Source: Halobacteroidaceae bacterium
GTDB lineage: Bacteria; Bacillota; Halanaerobiia; B1SED10-174
Assembly (NCBI GenBank): GCA_003551665.1
Contig: PUNE01000050.1
Location: 14,892-78,891, forward strand
Direction of reading: 5' to 3'
DNA length: 64,000 bases
The notes under the pieces were generated by a model, which saw only the letters and a program-made list of their open reading frames with translations, was not told the origin of the DNA and did no database searches. Shown piece after piece: positions 54,627 through 63,752 of the stretch; the stretch's first letter is position 1; each line of letters begins with the position of its first letter. The position numbers were made by a program, and so were the translations under genes.

Positions 54627-56255
54627 GTGACATTAAACCTCAAAAGTATTCTGGAAATGGATTGTTTGCAGGGCTCCCAGGTGCTGGCCGGGCACCGGGG
54701 CCTGGAAAGAGAAGTAAAATATATAGATGTCCTGGAAGTTCCCGATATTAAACACTGGCTCAAGCAGGGTATTTTCCTGCTAACCACGGCCTATGCAATA
54801 AAAAACGACCCTGCTGCCCAGGCTGAACTGATCCGCTCTCTGCACGAAGTTAAAGCAGCAGGACTGGGAATTAAGCTGGGCCGTTTTATCAAGGCCCTCC
54901 CTCCTGAAGTAACCTCCCTGGCCGATAAACTGGAAATCCCCGTTATTTCCATTCCAAAAGAAGTGGCCTACATTGATATCATGATGCCCATCTTCAACCT
55001 GATCCTGGATAAAAAGGAAAACCTGCTGCAGCGCTCAGAACAGATCCACCAGGAGCTTACCCGCGTTGTCCTAAGTGGAGGGGGTTTCAAAGAAATTGCC
55101 TCTTCACTTAATTCAATTACCGGCTTCCCCGTATGTATAATTGTAGGAGATGTTCCGGTTTCTCTCGTGGGCAATGAGGATTTTCCCGACCTGAAGGAAA
55201 CAGTGGCCACCCTGGAACTGGAGGGCTTTAAAACTCCCCGCCGCCTGGAGAAAAAAGGAGGCCACCCCCCATGCCTGGCAGCTCCCATTGTTGTCGATGG
55301 GGAAACCCTGGGCCATGTCCTTCTTTTTTTCTGTGATGAGCGGCAGGACAAACAAGAGCAGCTCTTTTTCCTTGCCCTGGAACATGCTGCAACCGTTGCA
55401 GCCCTGGAAATTATGAAGGAAAGAGCAATTACCGAAACCCAGGTTAAACTCCAGGGTGACATTTTTGAAGTTGTGCTTACCGGAAATTACCAGTCAGAAA
55501 CAACAATCCGGCTTCGTGCCGCTTACCTGGGGTGGAGCCTTGACCTTGATTACCAGGTTTTGGTGCTGGAAATAGATAACCTTGAAGATTATTTCCTTGC
55601 TCCAACCCAGCACGGTGAAAAACAGGTCCAGCAAATAATCCGAGAACTCCACTCCCTTGCCGGAAGAACCCTGGACTACTTTAACCTGAATTATAACCTG
55701 TTTCGCCGCAGCGACAGTTTTATCATTCTTATAGCCACCGAACAGGGCAAGCAGATCCCCCTGCAGAAAATCATGGAAAAAATAATTGAAAAGACGGAAC
55801 AGAGGATGCCGGCTGTTTCCATTTCCTTTGGAATGGGGCGCTTCCACCCGGGTATCGCCGGTGTAAAAAAAGGCTACCTCGAGGCCAAAGAAGCCTTAAA
55901 ACTGGGACCAAAACTGCAGCCCGAAAATAAAATCCATAATTTTGAAGAACTGGGAGTTTACAAACTCCTGTTCCAGATTGAAGATATCTCCGAGTTAAAG
56001 TCTTTTTTCCAGGAAGAACTGGGTCGGCTTATCGAATACGACAAAAAGCACAAAGGGGAGCTGGTCAAAACCCTGGAAATTTTTCTGCAGTGCCACGGCA
56101 ATAAACAGCAGGCCGCAAAGCAACTGCATATCCACCGCAATACTTTAAACTACCGCCTGCAGCGCATACAGGAGGTTCTTGGTGTCAATCCCCAGGACAG
56201 CAGCAGGTGGCTGGAGTGCCTTCTGGGCTTGAAAATATCCCGGATCCTTTTTTGA
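54627..56255 (+). CDS. PucR-family transcriptional regulator
   Basis: N-terminal PucR-type sensor domain (LKSILEMDCLQGSQVLAGHRGLEREVKYIDVLEVPD) and a C-terminal HTH (KQQAAKQLHIHRNTLNYRLQRI). GTG 54627 follows GAGGTGG. The track ORF from 54321 overlaps rbsK and is rejected. Confidence 0.85.
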   Translation: MTLNLKSILEMDCLQGSQVLAGHRGLEREVKYIDVLEVPDIKHWLKQGIFLLTTAYAIKNDPAAQAELIRSLHEVKAAGLGIKLGRFIKALPPEVTSLADKLEIPVISIPKEVAYIDIMMPIFNLILDKKENLLQRSEQIHQELTRVVLSGGGFKEIASSLNSITGFPVCIIVGDVPVSLVGNEDFPDLKETVATLELEGFKTPRRLEKKGGHPPCLAAPIVVDGETLGHVLLFFCDERQDKQEQLFFLALEHAATVAALEIMKERAITETQVKLQGDIFEVVLTGNYQSETTIRLRAAYLGWSLDLDYQVLVLEIDNLEDYFLAPTQHGEKQVQQIIRELHSLAGRTLDYFNLNYNLFRRSDSFIILIATEQGKQIPLQKIMEKIIEKTEQRMPAVSISFGMGRFHPGIAGVKKGYLEAKEALKLGPKLQPENKIHNFEELGVYKLLFQIEDISELKSFFQEELGRLIEYDKKHKGELVKTLEIFLQCHGNKQQAAKQLHIHRNTLNYRLQRIQEVLGVNPQDSSRWLECLLGLKISRILF

Positions 56256-56258
56256 TCT

Positions 56259-56275
56259 TTGTGCATATAGCACAA
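56259..56275. promoter_or_regulatory. 17-bp inverted repeat TTGTGC-ATATA-GCACAA upstream of the nitrilase-family operon
   Basis: Perfect 6-bp arms, 4 nt after the PucR stop and ~55 nt upstream of a TATAAT (56331-56336) that lacks a usable -35. Confidence 0.3.
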
Positions 56276-56390
56276 TTTCCCTGAAATATATTCGTTTAAC
56301 ATCAACATATCTATTGATCCTGCCCCGGATTATAATTAAGAAAGACACCGGGGCATCCATTCAACCTCTTAAAGGAAGGGGGCGGCCGGT

Positions 56391-57191
56391 TTGCCGCAGT
56401 GGAAAATGGCCCTGGTGCAGTTTAACTGCATATTAAAAGAACCCCAAAAAAATTTAGAAAAAGCTTATTCTTTTATCAGTCAGGCTGGAGAAACCGGGGC
56501 CGATATCATTGTTTTCCCCGAACTATTCACAACGGGTTACAATCCCGACCTGATTGGCAGAGACTTTTTTCACCTCGCCCAAAAAGAAAACGGTACAACC
56601 TTTAAATTTTTGAGCAGCTCAGCTCGGAAAATGAATATCAATATTATTGCCCCCCTTGTTTTTTCCCGGGATGATCCCGGGACCATATATAATGGTATTT
56701 TCATCATCAACCGCCGGGGTGAACTTGCAGGCACTTACGCCAAGACTCATCTCTGGAAGAAAGAAGCTCAATATTTCACCCCTGGCGGGGAACTACCGGT
56801 GTTCGAACTTGACGGAATTCCTTTTGGAACCCTGGTCTGTTACGACGGAGGGTTTCCCGAAGCGGCTCGGTCTCTTGCCCTGCGGGGCGCAAAAATAATT
56901 TTCGCCCCATCCGCCTTTGACCGAAATGACCGCCATCTCTGGGACATTTATTTCCCCGCCCGTGCTTCAGAAAATGGCTGTTTTACAGTTGGAATCAATA
57001 GGACCGGGAAAGAGGGCAACATCGCCTTTTTTGGAAACAACAAGGTTTTCAATCCCCTGGGCCACCTGATCTGCGAGGGACGGGAAAGTCTGGAGGAAAT
57101 GCAGATTGTAACCATCGACCTGGAAGAAGTTGAACGGGCCAGGGAAAAACTTCCTTTTTTAAGAGACCTCCGCCCCGACCTTTATTCTTAA
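56391..57191 (+). CDS. Carbon-nitrogen hydrolase (nitrilase superfamily amidase)
   Basis: Glu-Lys-Cys triad contexts VFPELF, AKTHLW and LVCYDGGFPE. TTG 56391 lies 8 nt after GGAAGGGGG. Confidence 0.85.
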   Translation: MPQWKMALVQFNCILKEPQKNLEKAYSFISQAGETGADIIVFPELFTTGYNPDLIGRDFFHLAQKENGTTFKFLSSSARKMNINIIAPLVFSRDDPGTIYNGIFIINRRGELAGTYAKTHLWKKEAQYFTPGGELPVFELDGIPFGTLVCYDGGFPEAARSLALRGAKIIFAPSAFDRNDRHLWDIYFPARASENGCFTVGINRTGKEGNIAFFGNNKVFNPLGHLICEGRESLEEMQIVTIDLEEVERAREKLPFLRDLRPDLYS

Positions 57192-57207
57192 TTAACAGGA
57201 GGCCAAA

Positions 57208-58131
57208 ATGATCTGGTCTGAAATCATTGAAATTGGCAGGCTTATTGACTCCCCCCAAATCGATCGGAAGGCTGTTCAGACAGCCTTCCCCCCCAAAACT
57301 CAACTGGAAATCACTCCCCAAACCCCCCACGTTGACCTGGTAAAAATAGTTATTCCAGGAAGCGAAGGACGGATCCAGGGAGGGGAAAGTCCAACCCTCG
57401 GAATTATTGGCCGATCAGAAGGAATCGGAGCCCGCCCTGAAGTTAACGGGCTGATTTCTGATAGCGATGGTGCAATTGTGGCTCTTGCCACAGCCCTGAA
57501 AATTGCCCGCATGGCAGAAAATGGCGATTATTTAGCAGGAGATATTATTTTAACAACTCACCTCTGTCCCCGGGCAGAAATTGAAGAACGCAAGCCCGTC
57601 CCATTCGTCAAATCCCATTTTGACCTGGAAAAAGCCATCAGTTTTGAGGTTGACCCAGCCATGGAGGCCATCCTTTCTATTGACGCCACTAAAGGGAACC
57701 GAATAATCAACCACCGGGGGATTGCAATTACCCCCACCCTGAAGGAAGGGTACCTGCTGAGAGTATCCGAAGACCTTCTGGACATTCTGGAAGCAATTAC
57801 TGGAAAACCTCCTCTGGTCTTACCCCTGACCACACAGGATATCACCCCTTATTCCAATGGCCTCTACCATATTAACAGCATTATGCAGCACGGAACCTTT
57901 ACCAGTTCGCCAGTTGTAGGTCTTGCAATTACTGCTGAAACCGCCGTTCCCGGATGTGCAGCTCATTCCACCAATCCTTCTGATCTTGATACAGCAGCCC
58001 GCTTTGCACTTGCAGTCGCCCAAAATTTCGGCCGAGGAAAGTGTTGTTTTTTCACCCAGGAAGAGTTCCAAAAGATGCAAAAACTCTACGGACCACTCGA
58101 CCACCTAACCCGAAAAGAAAAGGATATTTAA
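57208..58131 (+). CDS. Conserved hypothetical protein (possibly DUF1177-like; not verifiable here)
   Basis: 307-aa ORF 16 nt downstream of the hydrolase gene, with coding-like composition. It is followed by a strong terminator. Confidence 0.65.
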   Translation: MIWSEIIEIGRLIDSPQIDRKAVQTAFPPKTQLEITPQTPHVDLVKIVIPGSEGRIQGGESPTLGIIGRSEGIGARPEVNGLISDSDGAIVALATALKIARMAENGDYLAGDIILTTHLCPRAEIEERKPVPFVKSHFDLEKAISFEVDPAMEAILSIDATKGNRIINHRGIAITPTLKEGYLLRVSEDLLDILEAITGKPPLVLPLTTQDITPYSNGLYHINSIMQHGTFTSSPVVGLAITAETAVPGCAAHSTNPSDLDTAARFALAVAQNFGRGKCCFFTQEEFQKMQKLYGPLDHLTRKEKDI

Positions 58132-58197
58132 GGGTCAACCTCAAATTAATTTGTTGAAATACCTGGTGCAAACCCCTCATCACCAAACCAGGTCTCA

Positions 58198-58228
58198 GGC
58201 AGCCCCAAACGGGCTGCCCTTTTTCTTT
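58198..58228 (+). terminator. Rho-independent terminator
   Basis: ggcagccc (58198-58205) / gggctgcc (58211-58218), followed by CTTTTTCTTT. Confidence 0.7.
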
Positions 58229-58230
58229 CG

Positions 58231-58256
58231 AAAATAAAAAAGGGGGCCTTGCCCCC
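58231..58256 (-). terminator. Rho-independent terminator of fba
   Basis: gggggc (58242-58247) / gccccc (58251-58256). On the minus strand it is followed by TTTTTTATTTT. Confidence 0.6.
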
Positions 58257-58259
58257 TGG

Positions 58260-59123
58260 TTAAACTTTTTCTGCAGAACCAAATTCGCGGATTTTTTCAA
58301 TAACTGTATCTTTAATGGCTTCCCGGGCAGGCCCCAGGTATTTGCGGGGATCGTAAAGGTCGGGTTTTTCTTTAAAAATTTCCCTGACCCGGCGGGTAAA
58401 ACTGAACTGGTTCTCGGTATTCACGTTTATTTTGCAGGTTCCGGCCTTGATTGCCTTTTTAATATCCGCTGTGGGAATACCCGTTCCACCATGCAGGACC
58501 AGGGGACGACCCGTCAGGTCCCTGATTTTTCCCATCCGCTCAAAATCCAGGTTTGGTTCTCCCTTGTAGGGTCCGTGCACAGAACCAAGTGCCGGAGCCA
58601 GGAAATCAACATCGGTCTTTTCTACAAGCTCAACGCATTCTTCCGGAATAGCGTAAGCCTTCTCGGCATCCTTGACAACTATATCATCTTCCTGCCCCCC
58701 GATACGCCCGAGTTCTGCTTCGACCGAAACACCAAGGGCCCGGGCAACATCAACAACTCTCCTGGTCTGAGCAATATTCTCTTCGAGGGGAAGGCTGGAC
58801 CCGTCATACATAACCGAGGTAAAGCCTGCCTTAATGGCCTGGACACATTTTTCAAAGCTTGACCCGTGGTCCAGGTGGATGGCAACCGGAACAGTGATGC
58901 CGTATGTATCAATCAGGGCTTTAACCATATCCACAGCAACCCTGAAACCACCCATATAGCGGGCTGCTCCTTCAGAAACACCGCAGATTAATGGAGAACG
59001 CTCCTCGTCAGCTGCCTGGAGGATGGCCTGGGTAAACTCCAGGTTGTTCAGATTGTACTGCCCCACCGCATATCCACCGGCCAAGGCTTCCTCCAGCATT
59101 TCTTTCATGGAAACCAGTTGCAT
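58260..59123 (-). CDS. fba: Class II fructose-1,6-bisphosphate aldolase
   Basis: [42 protein letters not shown] and KINVNTE motifs. ATG 59123 follows GGAGG. Confidence 0.9.
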   Translation of the reverse strand: MQLVSMKEMLEEALAGGYAVGQYNLNNLEFTQAILQAADEERSPLICGVSEGAARYMGGFRVAVDMVKALIDTYGITVPVAIHLDHGSSFEKCVQAIKAGFTSVMYDGSSLPLEENIAQTRRVVDVARALGVSVEAELGRIGGQEDDIVVKDAEKAYAIPEECVELVEKTDVDFLAPALGSVHGPYKGEPNLDFERMGKIRDLTGRPLVLHGGTGIPTADIKKAIKAGTCKINVNTENQFSFTRRVREIFKEKPDLYDPRKYLGPAREAIKDTVIEKIREFGSAEKV

Positions 59124-59242
59124 CAAAGAACCTCCTATCAAAATAATAATTTTTATTCAAGGAAGGTAATAGCGGTGCCCGTAATGGAAACCGCTACCCC
59201 CATTTATATATATTCTCTCCGGGAGGATTTTTACCTGCCCAG

Positions 59243-59274
59243 AAAAAAAAGACCGGATATCCCGGCCTTTTTTA
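59243..59274. terminator. Short hairpin flanked by A8 and T6 runs
   Basis: gaccgg-atat-cccggcc (59251-59267) is preceded by AAAAAAAA and followed by TTTTTT. On the minus strand it follows the small secreted-protein gene. Confidence 0.45.
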
Positions 59275-59276
59275 TT

Positions 59277-59612
59277 CTACCATCTGGGCCCAAAGCCCCG
59301 CGTTCTTTCGGAAAAGCCCCGGCGCCCCATCATCCTGTCCCTGCAGCATTCTTCCCTGGAAAACCAGGGCATTTTCCAGCCTTCTTCTTCCCTGGCCTGG
59401 AGGCGTTCCAGCATCTGCTCATATCTCTCCTCAGAAATCAGGCCTCTTTCCAATAGCCCTTCCATAAACTCCTTCTGTAGCTCAATTCTACGTTCCCAGA
59501 ATTCCACAATAAAATTCTGGTCTTCTTCAGACATTTCTTCCTGGGCCAGGACTGGAACCATAACCCCTACCAGGAGAGCTAAAACCAGTGTTCCCATAAT
59601 AAACCTTCGCAT
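59277..59612 (-). CDS. Small secreted, highly charged helical protein (111 aa)
   Basis: Signal peptide LVLALLVGVMVPVLAQEE, a Glu/Arg-rich helical body and an EECC pair. ATG follows GAGGAGGTG at 8 nt. It lies 68 nt downstream of the histidine kinase gene. Confidence 0.65.
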   Translation of the reverse strand: MRRFIMGTLVLALLVGVMVPVLAQEEMSEEDQNFIVEFWERRIELQKEFMEGLLERGLISEERYEQMLERLQAREEEGWKMPWFSREECCRDRMMGRRGFSERTRGFGPRW

Positions 59613-59680
59613 TCTCCATCCACCTCCTCAAACTTTTGCTTTTTCCTACAAGTCTATTATACAGGTAGATTTTGAATAAA

Positions 59681-61015
59681 TTATGAATTGGGTAAAAAAA
59701 CCTTAAAAACCGCTCCCTGGTTTTCTTCTGAAACCAATTCAACCCTGCCATTCATCAGGTCAGCAAGTTCCCGGACAATGGCCAGCCCTATTCCAGTCCC
59801 CTTCTTTTTATTACCCTGCCCCCGATAAAAACGTTCGAAAATGTTGGGTTGATCCTCGGGAGAAATTCCCGGGCCCGTGTCTCCCACTTCTAAATCCAGC
59901 CCATTATCCAGGACCTCCATCCGGCACCATATTCTATCACCCGGCGCTGTATATCTTCCTGCATTTTCCAGCAGATTCTGCAGGATTTCCCTGATTAATG
60001 CCTGGTCTCCCCGAAACTTCCCTTCAGTAATGGTCCAGGCAAACTCCTGGCCCCTGGTTTTTAAATCCTTTTTCCACTTCTCCATATATCCCTTAAAGGC
60101 TTCTGCTGGTGTGAATTCTTCAATTTCCAGGCGCCGGCTTTCCAGGCGGGCCAGTCGCTGCAGGTCCCCAACAAGGCGGATCAGCCTTGTTACCTCCTCT
60201 TCCAGTTCCCCGAGGTGCTCTGGGTCAAGCTCAATAATTCCGTCCTGCATTCCCTCGATATAGTTCTGAATGGACATCAGGGGGTTGTGCAGCTCGTGGG
60301 CAAGGTCGGAGGTCATTTTTCGCCGCAGGCCTTCCAGGTGTTGAATATTTCCGGCCATCTGGTTGAAGGTTTCCCCCAGCGCTTCTATTTCATCCCCGGT
60401 TTTTAGATCAACTCGGGTTTCCCATTTCCCCCTGCTGAATAGGGCTGCTGCCTGCTGGAGAAGGTTAATGGGTCGGGTAATTTTCCCCGCACTAATTACA
60501 CTCAAACCCAGGGCTCCACTCAATGAAACTCCCAGAGCAATAAGGAGGGAGCGTCTTATGGATTCCTGGAAGGCAACTTCGCTAGATGTCCACATTTCCG
60601 TTCCCAATCGGGACATCAGTGTAACCTCGTACTCTTCTCCTCCAGCAGTTATCCGGGTACTGCTGGAAAATACTTCTCCCTCTTCTTCAGCGGCAATCCA
60701 GCCCCGGCGCATCATGGGCATATGTCCGGTGCTATCAAAAACAATCTCTCCCCTTGCATTCCTGACCACCACTCCCAGGTCCTCCTCCATACGAGCCAGC
60801 CGATTCAGAGTCATGATAAAACCCCTCTGGTCAAACACACCCTCTTCCGCAGCAAAAAACTCCAAAAAACGCTGGTGTCTTTCCAGAATGTTTTCTTCGA
60901 GATAGCGGTCGAAATGGCTCCTGAAGGCAATTCCGCTGATAAGGGCAACTGAAACCAGGCTGAAAAGGATACCAACGGTCAGGACCAGCATAAATCTGGC
61001 TCGGATGCTTTTCAT
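59681..61015 (-). CDS. Sensor histidine kinase (TM-sensor-TM-HAMP-HisKA-HATPase)
   Basis: H-box SDLAHELHNPL, N-box LLENAGRYT, G-boxes DTGPGI and GTGIGLAIV. Confidence 0.9.
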   Translation of the reverse strand: MKSIRARFMLVLTVGILFSLVSVALISGIAFRSHFDRYLEENILERHQRFLEFFAAEEGVFDQRGFIMTLNRLARMEEDLGVVVRNARGEIVFDSTGHMPMMRRGWIAAEEEGEVFSSSTRITAGGEEYEVTLMSRLGTEMWTSSEVAFQESIRRSLLIALGVSLSGALGLSVISAGKITRPINLLQQAAALFSRGKWETRVDLKTGDEIEALGETFNQMAGNIQHLEGLRRKMTSDLAHELHNPLMSIQNYIEGMQDGIIELDPEHLGELEEEVTRLIRLVGDLQRLARLESRRLEIEEFTPAEAFKGYMEKWKKDLKTRGQEFAWTITEGKFRGDQALIREILQNLLENAGRYTAPGDRIWCRMEVLDNGLDLEVGDTGPGISPEDQPNIFERFYRGQGNKKKGTGIGLAIVRELADLMNGRVELVSEENQGAVFKVFLPNS

Positions 61016-61710
61016 CGCTCTTTCCCCCCGCTGAATCTATAGCCCCGGCCATAGATTGTCTGGATAAACTGGCCGGAACCAAGATTCATTTTCTTCCGAA
61101 TATTCTTGATATGGGCGTCGATAACCCGATCAAATCCATCATAGGCCGGGCCATGGATGTGTTCCAGGAGTTCCTCCCTGGAAAAGGGCCGCCCGGGGTG
61201 CCGGGCAAGAAAAGCCAGGACTCGAAATTCCGTCGTTGTTAATTCAATTTTTGCTCCATTAATAAATGCTTCCTGGTTCTTCTGATCTACTTCCATTCTA
61301 ACTCCATCGACCTCGAATTTCAGGTTCTGTTCTGCCCCGGCCCTGCCGCTCCTTCGGAGCAGGGCCTGGATTCTGGCTACAAGTTCCCGCAGACTGAAAG
61401 GTTTTACCAGGTAATCATCGGCCCCCAGCTGTAATCCCCTGACTCTTTCTTCTTCTTCTCCATAGGCAGTCAGCATGATAATGGGAAGAGTTGATTCTTT
61501 CTGCCGGAGGCGTTTGCAGATTTCTTCCCCCTGTAATTTCCCGGGAAAGCGCAGGTCCAGCACCAGGAGATCGGGTTCTTCCCTGTTCAGGGTCTCCCAG
61601 CCCTCTTCGGCTGAAAGAAACCATTCAACCTCAAACCCTGCTTCTTCCAGAAAAGCCCGGGTTATTTTGCCGACCTTTTCTTCGTCTTCAAACAAATAAA
61701 TTTTCCCCAA
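61012..61710 (-). CDS. OmpR-family response regulator
   Basis: Receiver (FEDEE, LLVLDLRFPG, VKPF) plus a winged-helix output (TIYGRGYRF). I favour the TTG 61710 start 6 nt after GGGGGTG; the track start is 61719. Confidence 0.9.
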   Translation of the reverse strand: MGKIYLFEDEEKVGKITRAFLEEAGFEVEWFLSAEEGWETLNREEPDLLVLDLRFPGKLQGEEICKRLRQKESTLPIIMLTAYGEEEERVRGLQLGADDYLVKPFSLRELVARIQALLRRSGRAGAEQNLKFEVDGVRMEVDQKNQEAFINGAKIELTTTEFRVLAFLARHPGRPFSREELLEHIHGPAYDGFDRVIDAHIKNIRKKMNLGSGQFIQTIYGRGYRFSGGKER

Positions 61711-61799
61711 TTCCCTCACCCCCTTTCAGAATACCACTTTAAGGGGACAATAACAATTGTTTTTAAATTATGATAAAATCAAACCAGGAGGGATTTAAT

Positions 61800-62711
61800 A
61801 TGATTTCCATTCCCGATAATTCATCCCGCTTTCAAAGACTGATTGAGAATTTTCTGGCCGAAAACCTGAAAAATGGTCGGTACCGCGGAGCTGTTATTGG
61901 GCTAAGCGGGGGAATTGATTCCGCTGTTGTCGCTGCCCTGGCCCGCAATGTTCTTCCCCCTGAAAAAACCAGGCTTTTTTTCCTTCCCGAGCGGGATACA
62001 TCGCCCCGGAGTAGAGAAGATGCCCAACTGCTGGCAGACCACCTTGGCCTGAACCTTTTAATTATGGACCTGACTCCTGCCCTTTCTGCCCTTGATATTT
62101 ACAAAAATCCCGCGGCCCGGGTAGTAAAAAAAGGGGGCATTAACCGACTTCTGTACAGATTGAGCAGCTGGCTGGAAGGAGAAGACGCTTTCTCCCGGGG
62201 CTTTGGAGCCAGGCCTTCCCCGGTAATTAACACCGCAACCTCTTTTTACCGGAGCAAGCACCGAATGCGAATGACCTGCCTCTTTTACCAGGCTGAATAC
62301 CTGGGCTTTGCCGTCCTCGGTGGACTGAACCGCAGCGAATTCCTTACTGGATTTTTTGTTCCCTATGGTGATGATGCAGCTCACCTTGCTCCCCTGCTTC
62401 CCCTGTATAAAACCGAGGTTTTTCAACTGGCCAGACGAATGGATATGCCCGGAACTATCCTGGAAAAACCCCCTACTCCCGACCTCCTCCCGGGCCTGGA
62501 TGATGAATTTATCCTGGGAATGGATTACAGGCTACTGGACCAAATCTTATGGGAGCTGGAGGCGGGATCAACAACTGGAGAAATTTCCCGGAGACTGGGA
62601 GTTGAGGAAAATAAATTGTCCCGACTGGAAGCATTGATTCAGAAAATTGACGCCCATAACCTTCCCCTTTATCCCCGCAAAATACGGCAGCTTCCCGGTT
62701 ACGAAAATTAA
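61800..62711 (+). CDS. nadE: NH3-dependent NAD+ synthetase
   Basis: PP-loop GLSGGIDSAVVAAL, later LGGLNRSEFLTGFFVPYGDDAAHLAPL and KPPTPDL. ATG 61800 follows GGAGGG. Confidence 0.85.
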   Translation: MISIPDNSSRFQRLIENFLAENLKNGRYRGAVIGLSGGIDSAVVAALARNVLPPEKTRLFFLPERDTSPRSREDAQLLADHLGLNLLIMDLTPALSALDIYKNPAARVVKKGGINRLLYRLSSWLEGEDAFSRGFGARPSPVINTATSFYRSKHRMRMTCLFYQAEYLGFAVLGGLNRSEFLTGFFVPYGDDAAHLAPLLPLYKTEVFQLARRMDMPGTILEKPPTPDLLPGLDDEFILGMDYRLLDQILWELEAGSTTGEISRRLGVEENKLSRLEALIQKIDAHNLPLYPRKIRQLPGYEN

Positions 62712-62714
62712 ACT

Positions 62715-62738
62715 GCGGCCTTAACCAAGGCCGCTTTT
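62715..62738 (+). terminator. Rho-independent terminator of nadE
   Basis: gcggcctt (62715-62722), aacc loop, aaggccgc (62727-62734), then TTTT. Confidence 0.65.
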
Positions 62739-62742
62739 CCAT

Positions 62743-63027
62743 TTACTTTCCCTTTTTCCAGGACATTACCCTATCGAGAAATTCGTGGGCATAACCCGCT
62801 CCCCTGCTTGCCACGAGGGCAAGCAGAATAGTCCCCAAAAAGGGGATTTTTTGTTCCATCCCTACCAGGGAAAAGATATCCAGTTCCAACAGGAAAAGAA
62901 CGGGAACGGAAACTCCCAGGGCCACAAGTTTTGGCCAGCGGACTTCAGCCTGAACCAGGTCTTTAACCCACTCCACCACTGCCTCGATCAGGATAGCACT
63001 GAGGACCACAAGGCCCAGTTTCCCCAT
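62743..63027 (-). CDS. Small three-TM membrane protein with basic C-terminus (holin-like topology)
   Basis: Three hydrophobic segments and the tail SRGAGYAHEFLDRVMSWKKGK. ATG follows GGAGGTGA. It lies 11 nt downstream of the beta-barrel candidate. Confidence 0.6.
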   Translation of the reverse strand: MGKLGLVVLSAILIEAVVEWVKDLVQAEVRWPKLVALGVSVPVLFLLELDIFSLVGMEQKIPFLGTILLALVASRGAGYAHEFLDRVMSWKKGK

Positions 63028-63038
63028 AATCTCACCTC

Positions 63039-63659
63039 CTAGTCAAGAACATAGCGGAATCCCAGGGAAAACCGGTGTTCAAATTCCAGTTCATCCCCTC
63101 CTACCGGGATTTCCCACAAAACCCGAAACCGCCCGTTAACTGTCAGGCTGGGCTGCAGGCGGTGTCGAAAACTTAAAGTAAGGGTGTTCTGGTGAAAGTT
63201 TTTCTCCAGTTCTTGGGGATAATTCCGGAACTGGTACCTGTAACGGCCCGTATAAGTTGTTCGGTCCGAGGGATAGTAGTTAACCTGGAATTCCGGAATC
63301 AGGGATATGTAACTGCTGGCCGGAGCATGAGGATAACTCCTTCCCCGAAGGGTGAGGTAGTAATATTTCCGCCAGAAATCAGATATCTGCCAGGTAAGGC
63401 TGCCCCGAAATTCCTGCATCAAGCTCGAAAACCGCAGGCGCTCAATATAGTCTCTTTTCTGCAGCTCATAACGAAGGGAATAATTGCTGTTGGAGGACAG
63501 CTCAGACCCGAAGCGGATATAAGCCCGGCGGTAGGTATAGCAGTCTTCCTCTTCACCCACCAGGTCAAAAAATTTTTCCCCGATTTCCACACTTCCCGAT
63601 ATTTCCTGGGCTCCTGCAGGCAAAGTAAAAAGGAGGAGCACCACAAGGACCCAGAACAA
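63039..63659 (-). CDS. Putative outer-membrane beta-barrel protein (206 aa)
   Basis: Signal peptide LLLFTLPAGAQE. Alternating aromatic/polar strands rich in Y/R (YSLRYELQ, LTWQISDF, YTGRYRYQF, LTLSFRHRL) and an aromatic-rich C-terminus LGFRYVLD. Confidence 0.55.
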   Translation of the reverse strand: MFWVLVVLLLFTLPAGAQEISGSVEIGEKFFDLVGEEEDCYTYRRAYIRFGSELSSNSNYSLRYELQKRDYIERLRFSSLMQEFRGSLTWQISDFWRKYYYLTLRGRSYPHAPASSYISLIPEFQVNYYPSDRTTYTGRYRYQFRNYPQELEKNFHQNTLTLSFRHRLQPSLTVNGRFRVLWEIPVGGDELEFEHRFSLGFRYVLD

Positions 63660-63752
63660 GGCGTCACCCCCTTTTTTACTATTAATTCCATATTAAACTA
63701 AAAATTCCTTTATTTCTCAGGGATTTTTTCCCATTTAATTGCCCTCTTTAAA

